A stretch of 64,000 bases of DNA from positions 864,001 to 928,000 of the forward strand of contig CAVVMW010000006.1 of assembly GCA_963749495.1 (NCBI GenBank), in the 5' to 3' direction. This DNA is from an uncultured bacterium. GTDB taxonomy: Bacteria; Verrucomicrobiota; Verrucomicrobiia; Limisphaerales; UBA8199. Numbering within the stretch: position 1 is the first letter of the stretch; each line of letters begins with the position of its first letter. The position numbers and the translations under genes were made by a program. The notes beneath the pieces are model-generated. The model was given only the letters and a program-made list of their open reading frames with translations. It was not told the origin of the DNA and searched no databases. Of this stretch, positions 43,720-54,391 are shown piece after piece.

Positions 43720-46700
43720 ATGACAAGATCCGCTTCAGCCGGCGCACTGGCTCTTGGGCTGCTGGTCCGGACGGCCGCCGGCGCCATCCCCTGGCAGCAC
43801 CCGCTCTACCTGGCCAACGGCGGCTACTGGCCGCAGCGCGTGGCCCTTAGCATCACCAACGGCTCGGCCGGGCCCGTGGCTGGCGAGCCGTTCGGGCCTC
43901 TCGCTCCCAGGTCTGGCCGGCGCGCGTGTGGAATCGCTGCGCGTCTGCCGCGCGGACGGCGTAGAACTGCTCTTCGACTTGCGCGATAGTCGTGGACTGG
44001 CCAAACGCGCGGGGGCGTTGGGCGCGGAGGACCAGCTCATCGTGCCGGTCGAATGTCCTGCACACTCGGCAACGACCCTGCTTGTCTATGCGGGCAACTC
44101 CGCGGCGTGGGCCGTGCCTGATTTTCTGCCCGGCCGGTTCGCCGAGGGCGCCGGCCGGGCGCGTCGCGCCGGTTTGGGCGTGTCCATCGGCGAGGTCGAG
44201 AGCCTGCAGCTCAGGCCCGCGCAGGCCATCACACCCAAACCTGGCTCGGATTGGCTGAACTGGGCTGAGGTGCGAGTGCGCCGGTTCAGCGCAGAGCCCG
44301 GCCCGGCGGGCCTGGTCCGGGTGAGCTTGCGCCGGGCGCTGGCCCGCTTGCCGGGTCTTTCCGGGGATTCCGCGGCCTGTGTCGCGTCCAGCGACGGTGT
44401 GGAGACGGCCTCCTACGGTTTAGGGCGGGGCGCGGATTTGCTCTTTAGCGCAACCTTGCCCCCGCTGACCGAGTCACTTTTCCAGGTCGGTTTCCGCACG
44501 GGCTCGCAACTGGACGCCACGGCGGCCCTTGAAAATTACGCGCGGCTTCTGGCCAGCAGCGCAAACCTGGTTGCCAACGGCAGCTTTGAGAGCGGCAACG
44601 GCGGACCAGACCAGTGGCGCAAGCCGGCCCAGGGCGGCCCGCAACGGGTCACGGCCGGGTTCAGCACGGATGCGCGGTTCGGGAGCCGGTCACTCGAATT
44701 GACGGTGCTGGAGAACCCCAAGGGCGATTGGCTGGGCTGGGACTTGAGCGAGATCCCCGTCAAGCCGGGAGCAACCTATCTCCTGAGCGGTTGGCTCAAG
44801 GCCATCGGGCTGCAAAGCTGGGCCGCCCTCCACGCCCATTTCCATGAGGCCCGCGGCGCCTTGACCCGGAGCGGGGCCATGGTCAGCACCCAACCCACGG
44901 TGAGCGGCAACTCGGATTGGGTGAACTCGATGGGCTTCTTCCAGGCCCCGCCCGATGCGGCCACCCTCCAACTCCACTTGACGATCAACACGCAGGGCAC
45001 GCTGCGCCACGAGGGCATTGTCTTGTGCGAGGTGGTTGACGGGGAGGTGGGGCGCGTCCACTGCGCCGCCGCCCAGGCTGCCGCTCCCGGCCTGCAGGTC
45101 TGGGAAGTCAATCCGCTGGTGAAGGTGTTCCCCGATACTCCGCCGCAAGCCCAGGCACGGGAGCTTTCCGTGGAGTTGGCCCGCAGTGAATACCAGGCCT
45201 TTCAGCTCGCCCTCCGCCCTGCCGCCGCCGGCACGACCCACGTGAGCATCGCCCTTTCTCCGCTCAAGAGCGCCGACGGCAGCCAACTGCCCCCGGTCAA
45301 GATCGAGCGCGTGGGTTTTGTGCCCGTGGATTATCCCAGCGCCTATTACTCGACCGATGTCCCCGAGTGGTGCCGCAAGCTGCCCCGCGGCGCCGGCGCC
45401 ACCGACGGTTGGGCCGGCTGGTGGCCCGACCCCCTGGCGCCGGGCTCGGCCCTGGACCTTGCCCCCGGCCAAACACAGCCGGTCTGGTTTACCGGTACAC
45501 GCGCCCAAGACTGCTGCGCCGGGCAACTACCAGGCAGAGGTGAGCTTGAACGCCGCCGGCCAGGACACCGTCAGAATTCCTGTGACCGTCCGGGTGCTGC
45601 CTTTCACGCTCCCCGAGCAGGGCCGGCTGCGCGTCATTTTCGATTTCCGGTTCGGTCCAGGCGGCGGTTTTGGCAGCGGCGCCGCCTCGAACGAGGACCA
45701 GCGCAAATGGCTTCGCTTCATCGCCGAGCATCGGCTGGGCATCGATGGCATCAATCCTCCTCCCGAATTCAGATACCGCGAGGGCAAGGTGACCATGGAC
45801 GCCGCCCAGTTCGACGAGATGGCGCGATTCTGCTTCGACGAGCTGGGCATAAACGTGGCCTACACGCCGCAGTTCTTCTATATGTTCGGCTGGGCGTATC
45901 CGCCCAAAAAGCTCTTTGGCCTGGAGCCGTTTACGCCGGAATGGACCGCCGCCCTCCAGCAGGCCTACCGCCTCTTCACCGAGCACCTGCGCCAGAAAGG
46001 CTGGCACGACAGATTCGTCTATTACGTCTCGGATGAGCCGCATTTCCAGCACACGTTCGTGGTCGAACAGATGAAGAAACTCTGCGCCCTGGTCCATGAG
46101 GTGGATGCAACCATCCCGATCTACTCCAGCACCTGGCGGCACTGCGCGGCCTGGGACGACTCGTTGGATCTCTGGGGCATAGGCCAATACGGGTGTTTCC
46201 CGGTGGAGGAAATGGAACGGCTGCAGCGGGCGGGCCGGCAGATGTGGTTCACGTGCGACGGCCAGATGGCTACCGATACCCCGTTCCTGGCCACCGAGCG
46301 CCTGCTGCCTTACTACTGCTTCAAGTACGGCGTGCGCGGCTTCGAGTTCTGGGGCCTGGCCTGGTGGACCTACAACCCCTGGCAGGTGGGCTGGCACCAG
46401 TTCATCCGCCAGAGCGATGAAGGCAAGAATTACTACTGGGTCCGTTACCCCGACGGCGACGGCTTCCTAGCCTATCCCGGCAAGCCGGTGGGCGTGGATG
46501 GCCCGGCCAGCACCATTCGCCTCGAGCAAATCCGCCAGGGCCTTCAGGATTATGACGCCCTGGCCCTGCTGGCGCAACTGGCGGACAAAGCCAAACAGGC
46601 CGGCCGAGCCGACGCCGGCGCACAGAGCGCCCTGGCCATGGCCAGGGACCTGGTCGCCATTCCCAACGCCGGCGGGTTGCGCTCGACCCAGCTCCTGCCC

Positions 46701-46784
46701 GACCCCGACCGCGTTCCCGCCATCCGCAAGGCCGTCAATGCCGCGCTCGTCCGCCTGGTCCCCCCGCCGCCGGCGCCGCAATAG
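43720..46784 (+). CDS. Secreted carbohydrate-active protein with a CBM-like domain and GH123/DUF4091-like C-terminus; frameshifts near 43895 and 45497
   Basis: NLVANGSFE CBM motif; LARSEYQAFQL, WWPDPL, YVSDEP, GDGFLAYPG...STIRLEQIRQGLQDYD. Confidence 0.75.
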
Positions 46785-46799
46785 ACCCAGGGGCGGAAA

Positions 46800-46836
46800 A
46801 CAGTCCACAGTCCACAGTCCACAGTCCACAGTCCAC
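46800..46836 (+). repeat. Heptamer tandem repeat (acagtcc)x5
   Basis: Read directly; flanked by the 19-bp duplication ccggcgccgcaatagaccc. Confidence 0.9.
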
Positions 46837-46893
46837 GGGCCGCAGGCCACAGTCCCCCGGCGCCGCAATAGACCCCGGGGGTGGGGGGCCGGA

Positions 46894-47105
46894 CCGGAGT
46901 GCGCCCGTCCCCGGGCGCAGCGACGTCCGCAGCCAAGGCAGCGGTCAAGTACTCCGGCGCGCCTGCCCTCTCCGTCGCTGCTGCGCCCGGGGACGGGCGC
47001 ACTCCGGGGGCAGTGCGGGCCAGCTTGGGACGCCAACGGCGTCATTCATACCAACCCAGGGGCGTTGCCCTGGGCTGGCATGAGCCAGGCCTTCGGCCTG
47101 AAGGC
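46894..47105. repeat. Two REP-like clusters
   Basis: ggagtgcgcccgtccccgggcgcagc / gctgcgcccggggacgggcgcactcc; cccaggggcgttgccctggg. Confidence 0.7.
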
Positions 47106-47180
47106 AACGAATACGATCCTGCTCCTTGGGTCCGCTCTGGCGGAGCCTTCAAGAAGGTGCTATAATGTTGAACATTACCA

Positions 47181-47954
47181 ATGAACTGGCAAAAGGCTGA
47201 TACCTATGATGCCCTTGCATCGCACGCTGCCCATCGGACAAAGACTGATCCTATGAAAACCGAGAACGACGGCACTGTGCCCTGCCTGGCGCCCAAACGC
47301 ATCCTGCTCGTGGACGACCATCCCCTGGTGCGCGAGGGTCTGGCCCGGGTGCTGGCGCGCGAACCCGGCCTGGTGGTGTGCGGCGAGGCGGCCGACCGGA
47401 AGGGCGCCCTCCAGGAGATTGCGCTCACCCACCCCGACCTGGCGACCATTGACCTCACGCTCAAGGACTCTTACGGCCTTGACCTGATCAAGGACGCGCG
47501 CCTGGAGTTTCCCCGGCTGCTCATGCTGGTGGTCTCCATGCACGACGAATTGATGAACGCGGAGCGGGTCTTGCGGGCGGGCGCCTCGGGTTACGTAACC
47601 AAGGAGCAGGCCGCTACAGACCTCGTCGAGGCGGTGCGCCGTGTCCTGCGGGGTGAGTTGCACTTCAGCCCGGCCGTCCTCGCGCGGTTAGCCTGCCGGT
47701 TCCGGGCGCATCCGCGCGCCGGCGCTGCCCCCGCCCTCGACGGCCTCACGGACCGCGAGATGCAAGTCTTGGATTTGATAGGCCGGGGCCTGGGCCGCCG
47801 CCAGATTGCCGGCCACTTGCACCTCGATGTGAACACGATCGAGACCTACCGCGCCCGCATCAAGGAGAAGCTCGGCATCAAAGACGCCCTGGAACTGCTG
47901 CAGTACGCCATCCGCTCGAGCCGCGCGGCAATGGAGGCGCATCAAGACATCTGA
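47181..47954 (+). CDS. NarL/FixJ-family response regulator (alternative start 47253)
   Basis: ILLVDDHPLVREG, VVSMHDE, GASGYVTK, LTDREMQVL..IG.G; tgctataat at 47158-47166. Confidence 0.9.
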   Translation: MNWQKADTYDALASHAAHRTKTDPMKTENDGTVPCLAPKRILLVDDHPLVREGLARVLAREPGLVVCGEAADRKGALQEIALTHPDLATIDLTLKDSYGLDLIKDARLEFPRLLMLVVSMHDELMNAERVLRAGASGYVTKEQAATDLVEAVRRVLRGELHFSPAVLARLACRFRAHPRAGAAPALDGLTDREMQVLDLIGRGLGRRQIAGHLHLDVNTIETYRARIKEKLGIKDALELLQYAIRSSRAAMEAHQDI

Positions 47955-47975
47955 TGAATTAAACTGCACGGAAAC

Positions 47976-48172
47976 CCAGGGCAACGCCCCCAGGACAGGG
48001 ACGCGCGAGGATTGCCAGGGCTGAAAGCCCGCTCCATCGCCCGCTGGCGCGCCCTCGACCAAGCCATCGGCAGCGATGCCAACGCATGGGGCGGGCTTTC
48101 AGCCCTTTGCCACTTTTCCGGTCATGACCTGGGCCGTTGGCCCAGGCTGGTATGGACCGCGCCGTTGGCGCT
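47976..48172. repeat. REP-like cluster
   Basis: agggctgaaagcccgc / gcgggctttcagccct; cctgggccgttggcccagg. Confidence 0.65.
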
Positions 48173-48261
48173 CCAGGCGTTGGCTCGGATCACACTTGCC
48201 GAATGGCGGTCCCGGGGCAATCTTGAAGGCCAATTAGATGTGTGTTCATGACCACTAAACA

Positions 48262-49425
48262 ATGGATCAACTTTTTGTCACGCTGAAACACCGGTTGGTG
48301 GAAGCCGCGCCGGCATCCTGGCAGCCGGTGCTCTCGGCCCTGATTTCCACCGCCGGGCTCATCGGGACCTTTGCCGCCCTGTTCGCCCTGACGACAGTTG
48401 TCGAGCGCAAGGGCCTGGCCCGCATCCAGAATCGCTACGGTCCCAACCGGGTTGGCCCCTGGGGCCTGCTCCAGCCTCTGGCCGACGGGCTCAAGGCCTT
48501 GACCAAGGAGGATGTGGTCCCGCGCGGGGCGGACCGGGTCGTGCACTTCCTGGCGCCGCTGGTCCTGGTGGCGCCGGTCTTCCTGGCGCTGGCCGTCCTG
48601 CCGGTCGGGCGGAATATGGCGGCCGTGGACCTGGATGCCGGGGTGCTCTTCTTTTTCGCGGTCGGGGCGGCAACCGAGTTGTCGGTCTTCATGGCAGGCT
48701 GGTCGAGCCGGAACAAGTACTCGCTGCTGGGGGCGATGCGGGCGATCGCCCAGATGCTCAGCTATGAAGTGCCGCTGATCCTTTCGGCCACGACGGTCGT
48801 GATGATGGCCGGCTCGCTCTCGACCGTGAGAATCGTCCAGGCCCAAGCCGGCTACTCAGGGGGATGGCCGCATTGGTTCGTCCTGACGCCCTGGGGGCTG
48901 GCCGGTTTCGTCTTGTTCCTAATCGCCGCCACGGCCGAATCCAACCGCTCACCCTTCGACCTGCCGGAAGGAGAATCGGAGATCGTTGCCGGCTACTACA
49001 TCGAATACTCCGGCTTCAAGTTCGCCCTGTTCTTCCTGGGCGAATACGTCGGTCTGTTCGCCGTGAGCGGCCTGGCCATTACGCTCTTCCTGGGGGGTTG
49101 GCAGGCGCCGTTTGCCTTTCTGACCTGGGTGCCGTCCTGGCTCTGGTTTTTCGCGAAGCTCCTGGCCCTGATCGCGTTGTTCATCTGGGTGCGGGGGACC
49201 TTGCCGCGCCTGCGTATGGACCAACTGATGAACTTCGCCTGGAAATTCATGCTGCCGATGGCGCTGGTCAATGTCCTGGCTGCCGGCCTCTGGCGGTTCG
49301 TGCGGCCTGCCGGGGCGCGCTGGCTGGTCTGCTCGCTCCTGATCGGGGGCGCTTATGTCGCCCTCGGCCGCACCCTCTCCGAACGGCGCGGGTACGCCAG
49401 GAGGAGCTATCGGTACGGGGAGTGA
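48262..49425 (+). CDS. nuoH: NADH-quinone oxidoreductase subunit H
   Basis: ERK..ARIQNRYGPNRVG, QPLADGLK, AESNRSPFDLPEGESE, RGTLPRLRMDQL. Confidence 0.95.
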   Translation: MDQLFVTLKHRLVEAAPASWQPVLSALISTAGLIGTFAALFALTTVVERKGLARIQNRYGPNRVGPWGLLQPLADGLKALTKEDVVPRGADRVVHFLAPLVLVAPVFLALAVLPVGRNMAAVDLDAGVLFFFAVGAATELSVFMAGWSSRNKYSLLGAMRAIAQMLSYEVPLILSATTVVMMAGSLSTVRIVQAQAGYSGGWPHWFVLTPWGLAGFVLFLIAATAESNRSPFDLPEGESEIVAGYYIEYSGFKFALFFLGEYVGLFAVSGLAITLFLGGWQAPFAFLTWVPSWLWFFAKLLALIALFIWVRGTLPRLRMDQLMNFAWKFMLPMALVNVLAAGLWRFVRPAGARWLVCSLLIGGAYVALGRTLSERRGYARRSYRYGE

Positions 49426-49429
49426 GCGG

Positions 49430-49660
49430 CAATGACGAATGACGAATGACGAATGGACCGAATGCGGAGTGCGGAATGCGGAGTGCGGAATGAGCAATGA
49501 CGAATGACGAATGACGAATGGACCGAATGCGGAGTGCGGAATGCGGAATGCGGAATGTTCCGGTGGGAAAGTCGGGTCTGGATTGCGGCGCGGGGAATGA
49601 CGAATGACGAATGACGAATGACGAATGACAATTCACGTTTCACGTTTCACGTTTCACGAA
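49430..49660 (+). repeat. Compound heptamer arrays (aatgacg)n, (a[a/g]tgcgg)n and (tttcacg)n
   Basis: Read directly; occupies the position where nuoI normally lies. Confidence 0.92.
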
Positions 49661-49673
49661 TAAGGAATGACCG

Positions 49674-50171
49674 ATGAACGCGGTGTTTTCTTTGCTCGGC
49701 ATCCTGACGCTTTCCGGAGCGGTCGCGGCGATGGTGCTGCGCAACCTGGTGCATTGCGCGCTGGCGCTGGCGGTGGCCTTTGCGGGTTTGGCAGGGCTCT
49801 ACGTTGCCCTGGGGGCGCCGTTCGTCGGGTTTGCCCAGGTCCTGATCTATCTGGGGGCGGTGGCGATTCTGATTGTGTTCGCGATCCTGCTGAACTCGAG
49901 GCGGCGGAGGGGCTTCGCCGGCAGTCTTTTCTTCCTCGTGGGCAGTCGGGGCGGGGATTGGGCTGGTCGTGTTCGGCGTGCTGGGCTGGAGCATCCTCCG
50001 GAGCCGGGCGCTGCCTGTGGGGACGGGGCCGGCCCGGCGGCGGCCGTGAAGCAGATTGGCGACCAGTTGATGACGCGCTACGTCCTGCCGCTCGAAGTGC
50101 TGGGCCTGCTGCTGACCGCCGCCCTGATCGGGGCCGTGGTCATAGCCATGCGCGAAAGGAACCCCAGATGA
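49674..50171 (+). CDS. nuoJ: NADH-quinone oxidoreductase subunit J, with compensating internal indels
   Basis: RNLVHCAL.L...AQVLIYLGAVAILIVFAILL...IG..L...YVLPLEV; TM4 (AVGAGIGLVVFGVLGWSIL) lies in another frame. Confidence 0.85.
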   Translation: MNAVFSLLGILTLSGAVAAMVLRNLVHCALALAVAFAGLAGLYVALGAPFVGFAQVLIYLGAVAILIVFAILLNSRRRRGFAGSLFFLVGSRGGDWAGRVRRAGLEHPPEPGAACGDGAGPAAAVKQIGDQLMTRYVLPLEVLGLLLTAALIGAVVIAMRERNPR

Positions 50172-50176
50172 AGCGC

Positions 50177-50325
50177 ACAAGGGACAAAAGCGACATAAGG
50201 GACATAAGGGACCCAAGGGACGCAAGGGATGGACGCATCCGAACCACTCCGCCCTCGAGGAGTGTGAAGTTTCTGTCATTCGTCATTCGTCATTCTTCAT
50301 TCGTCATTGCTCATTCCGCACTCCA
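50177..50325 (+). repeat. Nonamer (aagggacat-like) array followed by a heptamer (tcgtcat)n array
   Basis: Read directly; the heptamer part is the reverse complement of the 49430 array; the nonamer part recurs at ~63003-63050. Confidence 0.9.
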
Positions 50326-50628
50326 ATGACCTCCTATCTCCTTTTGTCGGCCTTGCTCTTTAGCGTGGGCCTGGGCGGGGCGCTGACGCGGCGCAACGCG
50401 ATCAGCGTGCTCATCGGCATCGAGCTCATGCTCAATGCCGCCAACCTCAATTTCATCGCCTTTTGGCGGTATGGGCCTCATCCGCAGGCGATGACCGGCA
50501 TCATGTTCGCCCTCTTCTCGATCGGGGTGGCGGCGGCCGAGGCGGCGGTGGGCCTGGCGCTGGTCGTCGCCATCTACCGGCACTCGAGGACGGCCAACCT
50601 GGACGAGATCAATTCGATGAAAGGCTGA
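50326..50628 (+). CDS. nuoK: NADH-quinone oxidoreductase subunit K
   Basis: RRNAISVLIGIELMLNAANLN...AAAEAAVGLAL. Confidence 0.95.
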   Translation: MTSYLLLSALLFSVGLGGALTRRNAISVLIGIELMLNAANLNFIAFWRYGPHPQAMTGIMFALFSIGVAAAEAAVGLALVVAIYRHSRTANLDEINSMKG

Positions 50629-50636
50629 CCCGATCG

Positions 50637-52817
50637 GTGAACTGGATCGTCTCAAGCTGCGGGCTGATCCCCCTGCTGCCGCTGGTGGCAGCGGGGGTGA
50701 GCGCGGTGCTGCCGCGGCGGCGGCGCAGGTGGGCCGCGGCGCTGGCGGTCGGCTCGATGTGCCTGGCGCTGGCGATGTCGTGCGTTGCCTTGGCGCACGT
50801 CATCGGGCGTTCGGGGCTGGGGGAGGTGGGGCGGGAGTATCTGAACTTCCCCTGGTTTGAGTTTGGCGACTCGGCGTTGAGGCTGGGCTGGGTGCTGGAC
50901 GCGCTCTCGGGGGTCATGCTGGTCATGGTCGCGTTTGTCGCCCTGCTGATCTTTGTCTATAGCCTGGGCTACATGGCGCAGGACGAGAACTTCACGCGGT
51001 TTTTCTGTTTCCTGTCGCTCTTTGCGGCGGCAATGTTGGGCCTGGTCATCGCCAATAGCCTCCTGCTCCTGTTCATGTGTTGGGAGTTGGTGGGGTTGAC
51101 GTCGTACCTGCTGATCGGCTTCTGGTATCACAAACCGAGCGCGGCGGCGGCGGCGCGCAAGGCCTTTATCGTGACGCGCATCGGCGACCTGGCCTTTCTG
51201 CTGGGCATGGTGTGGCTCTACGCGCGCAGCGGCACGCTGCTCTTTTACGACGATGGCCGGGGCTGTCTGGAAGGCCCCGTGGCGGACCAACTCATCGCGC
51301 ACGCCACCCGCCTGGGCCTGACCGGCTCGACCGCCATCGGGTTGCTCATCTTCCTGGGCGCCATGGGCAAGTCGGGCCAGGTGCCGCTGCACGTCTGGCT
51401 GCCCGACGCCATGGAAGGGCCAACACCCGTCAGCGCCCTCATCCACGCCGCGACGATGGTGGCCGCAGGCGTGTTCCTGGTCGCCCGGGTCTATCCATTG
51501 ATGGCGCCTTGCCTGCCGGTTGTCACCTGGGTCGGCGCCATCACCGCCGTCTTTGCCGCCACGATCGCCGTCGCCCAGACCGACATCAAACGCATCCTGG
51601 CTTACTCGACCATTTCCCAGCTCGGGTTCATGATGCTTGGCCTGGGCGCAGGCGGGGTGGCCGTGGGGACGTTCCACCTGGTGACACACGCCTTTTTCAA
51701 GGCGCTGCTGTTCCTGGGCGCCGGTTCCGTCATCCACAGTTGTCAGGAGGAACAGGACATTCGTTGGCTGGGCGGTTTGCGGCGGCTCATGCCCATCACC
51801 TTTGCGACCTATGCGGTCGGCATGCTGGCCCTGAGCGGCTTTCCGCTCCTGTTCTCCGGGTTTTGGAGCAAGGACGCCATTCTCGAGGCCGCGCGCGGCT
51901 GGGGCGGGTCGCAGTGGCCATTCTATCTTGGCTTGTGCGGGGCGCTGCTGACGGCCTTCTACATGACCCGGCAGGTCATTCATGTCTTCTACGGCCACTG
52001 CCGGCTGGCATTGGGGGCGCCTCCCGGCACTGGCCTCCGGAACGCCGCATTTATGCGGCAGCGGCCTGGAGATCCAAGGAGTCTGCCGGCTGAAGCCGGC
52101 GTTCCGCGGGCAGTGTCAGGATGCGCCCTGGCAATGGGCGGGACGACGCGGTCCGGGCAGCGAACGGTCGAACATGCCGGCCCGCGCGAAAGCCCGCGCG
52201 TCATGACGGTCCCGCTGGTCATCCTGGCCGCGTTCTCGGTTCTGCCGGGTGTGTTCGGCACGCCGGCCTGGCCATGGTTCCAGGGCTTCCTGGAGGGGCG
52301 GCCGGCCTTCTTCGAGCTGGCCAGGTTGATCGAGCCGGGCCTGCTGGCACTGCTGGCGCTCTCCAGCGCCATCGTCCTGGCGGGCATTGGGTTGGGTTAC
52401 TGGCTTTACGGCCGCAAGCCGCTCAGCCAACCCGGCGAGCCGGATGCCCTGGAGCGGCTTCAACCCGAGCTCTTCGCCTTGCTGCGGAGGAAGTATTTCG
52501 TGGACGAGATCTACGACTGGTCATTTGTGGCGCTCAACGCCCGGTGGGCACGGCTCTGCGATTGGCTGGACCAATGGCTCTGGCGGGGCATGGTGCAACT
52601 GGCCGGTTGGGGCGTCGTGGGTCTTTCATGGCTCAACCGTCTGCTGGATGAGCACGTGGTCAACCCGGGCTTCGATGCGGCGTGCCGCGGGGTGAGCCAG
52701 GGCGGGGGCCTGGCGTCGCGCCTGCAGGACGGCCGCGTCCAGCATTATCTGCGTGTCCTGGGCGTGGCACTGGCGGCGCTCATCCTGTTCTTGCTTTGGG
52801 GGTGCGGCGCCTCATGA
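50637..52817 (+). CDS. nuoL: NADH-quinone oxidoreductase subunit L
   Basis: WELVGLTSYLLIGFW, GKSGQVPLHVWLPDAMEGPTPVSALIHAATMV, THAFFKALLFL; contains a 41-codon insert. Confidence 0.93.
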   Translation: MNWIVSSCGLIPLLPLVAAGVSAVLPRRRRRWAAALAVGSMCLALAMSCVALAHVIGRSGLGEVGREYLNFPWFEFGDSALRLGWVLDALSGVMLVMVAFVALLIFVYSLGYMAQDENFTRFFCFLSLFAAAMLGLVIANSLLLLFMCWELVGLTSYLLIGFWYHKPSAAAAARKAFIVTRIGDLAFLLGMVWLYARSGTLLFYDDGRGCLEGPVADQLIAHATRLGLTGSTAIGLLIFLGAMGKSGQVPLHVWLPDAMEGPTPVSALIHAATMVAAGVFLVARVYPLMAPCLPVVTWVGAITAVFAATIAVAQTDIKRILAYSTISQLGFMMLGLGAGGVAVGTFHLVTHAFFKALLFLGAGSVIHSCQEEQDIRWLGGLRRLMPITFATYAVGMLALSGFPLLFSGFWSKDAILEAARGWGGSQWPFYLGLCGALLTAFYMTRQVIHVFYGHCRLALGAPPGTGLRNAAFMRQRPGDPRSLPAEAGVPRAVSGCALAMGGTTRSGQRTVEHAGPRESPRVMTVPLVILAAFSVLPGVFGTPAWPWFQGFLEGRPAFFELARLIEPGLLALLALSSAIVLAGIGLGYWLYGRKPLSQPGEPDALERLQPELFALLRRKYFVDEIYDWSFVALNARWARLCDWLDQWLWRGMVQLAGWGVVGLSWLNRLLDEHVVNPGFDAACRGVSQGGGLASRLQDGRVQHYLRVLGVALAALILFLLWGCGAS
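52015..52128. mobile_element. MITE carrying a REP, inserted in frame inside nuoL
   Basis: Ends gggcgcctcccggcactg / cagtgtcaggatgcgccc; flanks tggcattgg (52006-52014) and tggcaatgg (52129-52137); 114+9=123 bp. Confidence 0.8.
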
Positions 52818-54382
52818 ACGGATTTCCATGGCTCAGCGCGCTGACGTTTCTGCCGTTTGCCGGCGCCATCGCAGTCATTGGCCTGGGTAAGGGCCGTGAG
52901 CAACTGGCGCGGCGCCTGGCGCTGGGTTTGGCGCTTGCGGCGCTGGGTTTGGCGGCGGTCTTGTGGGGCCGGTTCGACCCGGGCACTTGGGCGGTCCGGG
53001 GCGCGCTCCAGTTCCGGGAGCGGCACCTTTGGATACCGGCGCTGGCTGTCGAGTATCACCTCGGCGTGGATGGGCTTGGGTTGCTCATGGTCCTGCTGAC
53101 GGCAATCATTGTGCCGATGGCGATGCTTGCCTCGTGGCGCATCCCGGAGCGCGTGCCCCTCTATTTCGGGCTGGTGCTTTTCCTCGAGTCCGGGTTGTTT
53201 GGGACTTTCACCGCCCTGAACTTTTTCCATTGGTTCATCTTTTGGGAATTGAGCCTGGTCCCGGCCTTCTTCCTGATAAGGCTCTGGGGCGGCTCTTTGC
53301 GCGCCCATGCCGCCACGCAGTTCTTTGTCTATACCATGGCCGGCAGCGTCGCCCTGTTGCTCGCGTTCCTGGGCCTCTACCTGGGGACCGGCACATTCGA
53401 TTTCATCGAACTGGCCGAGGTGGGCCGGACCGGGGGACTGGTCCCCGCGCTCGAAACCGGGCTGGGCTGGTCGGGTCCGGCGGTCGAGCGCCTGTCCATG
53501 GCCCTTTTTGCCGGCGCGTTCCTGGGTTTCGCGGTGAAGGTGCCGGTCATCCCATTCCATACCTGGCTGCCGGCAGCGTATGCCGAGGCGCCTACGGGCA
53601 CGACGATGCTCCTGACCGGCTTGATGTCCAAGATGGGAGTCTATGGATTCCTGCGCATCCTGCAGCCGATCTTTGCCGAGCAGATGCGCCAGGTCCTCAC
53701 GCCCTTGCTCTGGCTGGCGGTCTTGACGATCCTCTTTTCAGCCGGCGCCGCCTTTGCGCAACGGGACCTCAAACGCGTCCTGGCCTACTCTTCAATCAAT
53801 CACCTTGGCTACTGCCTGCTGGGCGTCTTTGCCCTCGCCGCCCCGGCCTTCCAGGTGGCCGCCCCCGCAACCCAGCGCGCCGCCGCACTGGACGGTGTCC
53901 TGCTCCAGATGTTCAATCATGGCCTGACGGCCGCCACCCTCTTCTGGTTCGCAGGCTTCATCGAGCAGCGAGGCGGGGGACTGCGCGGCCTGGACGACTT
54001 CGGCGGGCTGCGCAAGGTGGCGCCCGTCCTGTGCGGCTTGATGGGCATAGCCCTCTTCTCGTCGCTCGGGCTGCCCGGCCTCAATGGATTCGTAGGCGAA
54101 TTCCTGATTTTCAAAGGTGTCTTTCCCTTGGCCGCCTGGGCGGCCGCGCTCTCGATGCTGGGCCTGCTGCTCACCGCCGTCTTCATTCTCACGATCCTCC
54201 ACCGCGTCTTCTACGGGCCGCTCGATGAGAAATGGTCGAGGCTGCCCGACCTGAGCCGGGCGGAGCGCCTGCGGGTGCTGCCGGCTATCGGGCTGATGTT
54301 CGCCTTGGGGCTTTGCCCGCAACTCGTGCTGGGGGTTGTCAATGGCACGGTCGTGCGGATGGTGGAGGGATTGAGGTTATGA
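52814..54382 (+). CDS. nuoM: NADH-quinone oxidoreductase subunit M (copy 1)
   Basis: YHLGVDG, FWELSLVP, AVKVPVIPFHTWLP.AY.EAP, LGLPGLNGFVGEF. Confidence 0.9.
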   Translation: MNGFPWLSALTFLPFAGAIAVIGLGKGREQLARRLALGLALAALGLAAVLWGRFDPGTWAVRGALQFRERHLWIPALAVEYHLGVDGLGLLMVLLTAIIVPMAMLASWRIPERVPLYFGLVLFLESGLFGTFTALNFFHWFIFWELSLVPAFFLIRLWGGSLRAHAATQFFVYTMAGSVALLLAFLGLYLGTGTFDFIELAEVGRTGGLVPALETGLGWSGPAVERLSMALFAGAFLGFAVKVPVIPFHTWLPAAYAEAPTGTTMLLTGLMSKMGVYGFLRILQPIFAEQMRQVLTPLLWLAVLTILFSAGAAFAQRDLKRVLAYSSINHLGYCLLGVFALAAPAFQVAAPATQRAAALDGVLLQMFNHGLTAATLFWFAGFIEQRGGGLRGLDDFGGLRKVAPVLCGLMGIALFSSLGLPGLNGFVGEFLIFKGVFPLAAWAAALSMLGLLLTAVFILTILHRVFYGPLDEKWSRLPDLSRAERLRVLPAIGLMFALGLCPQLVLGVVNGTVVRMVEGLRL

Positions 54383-54391
54383 CAGTTAATC

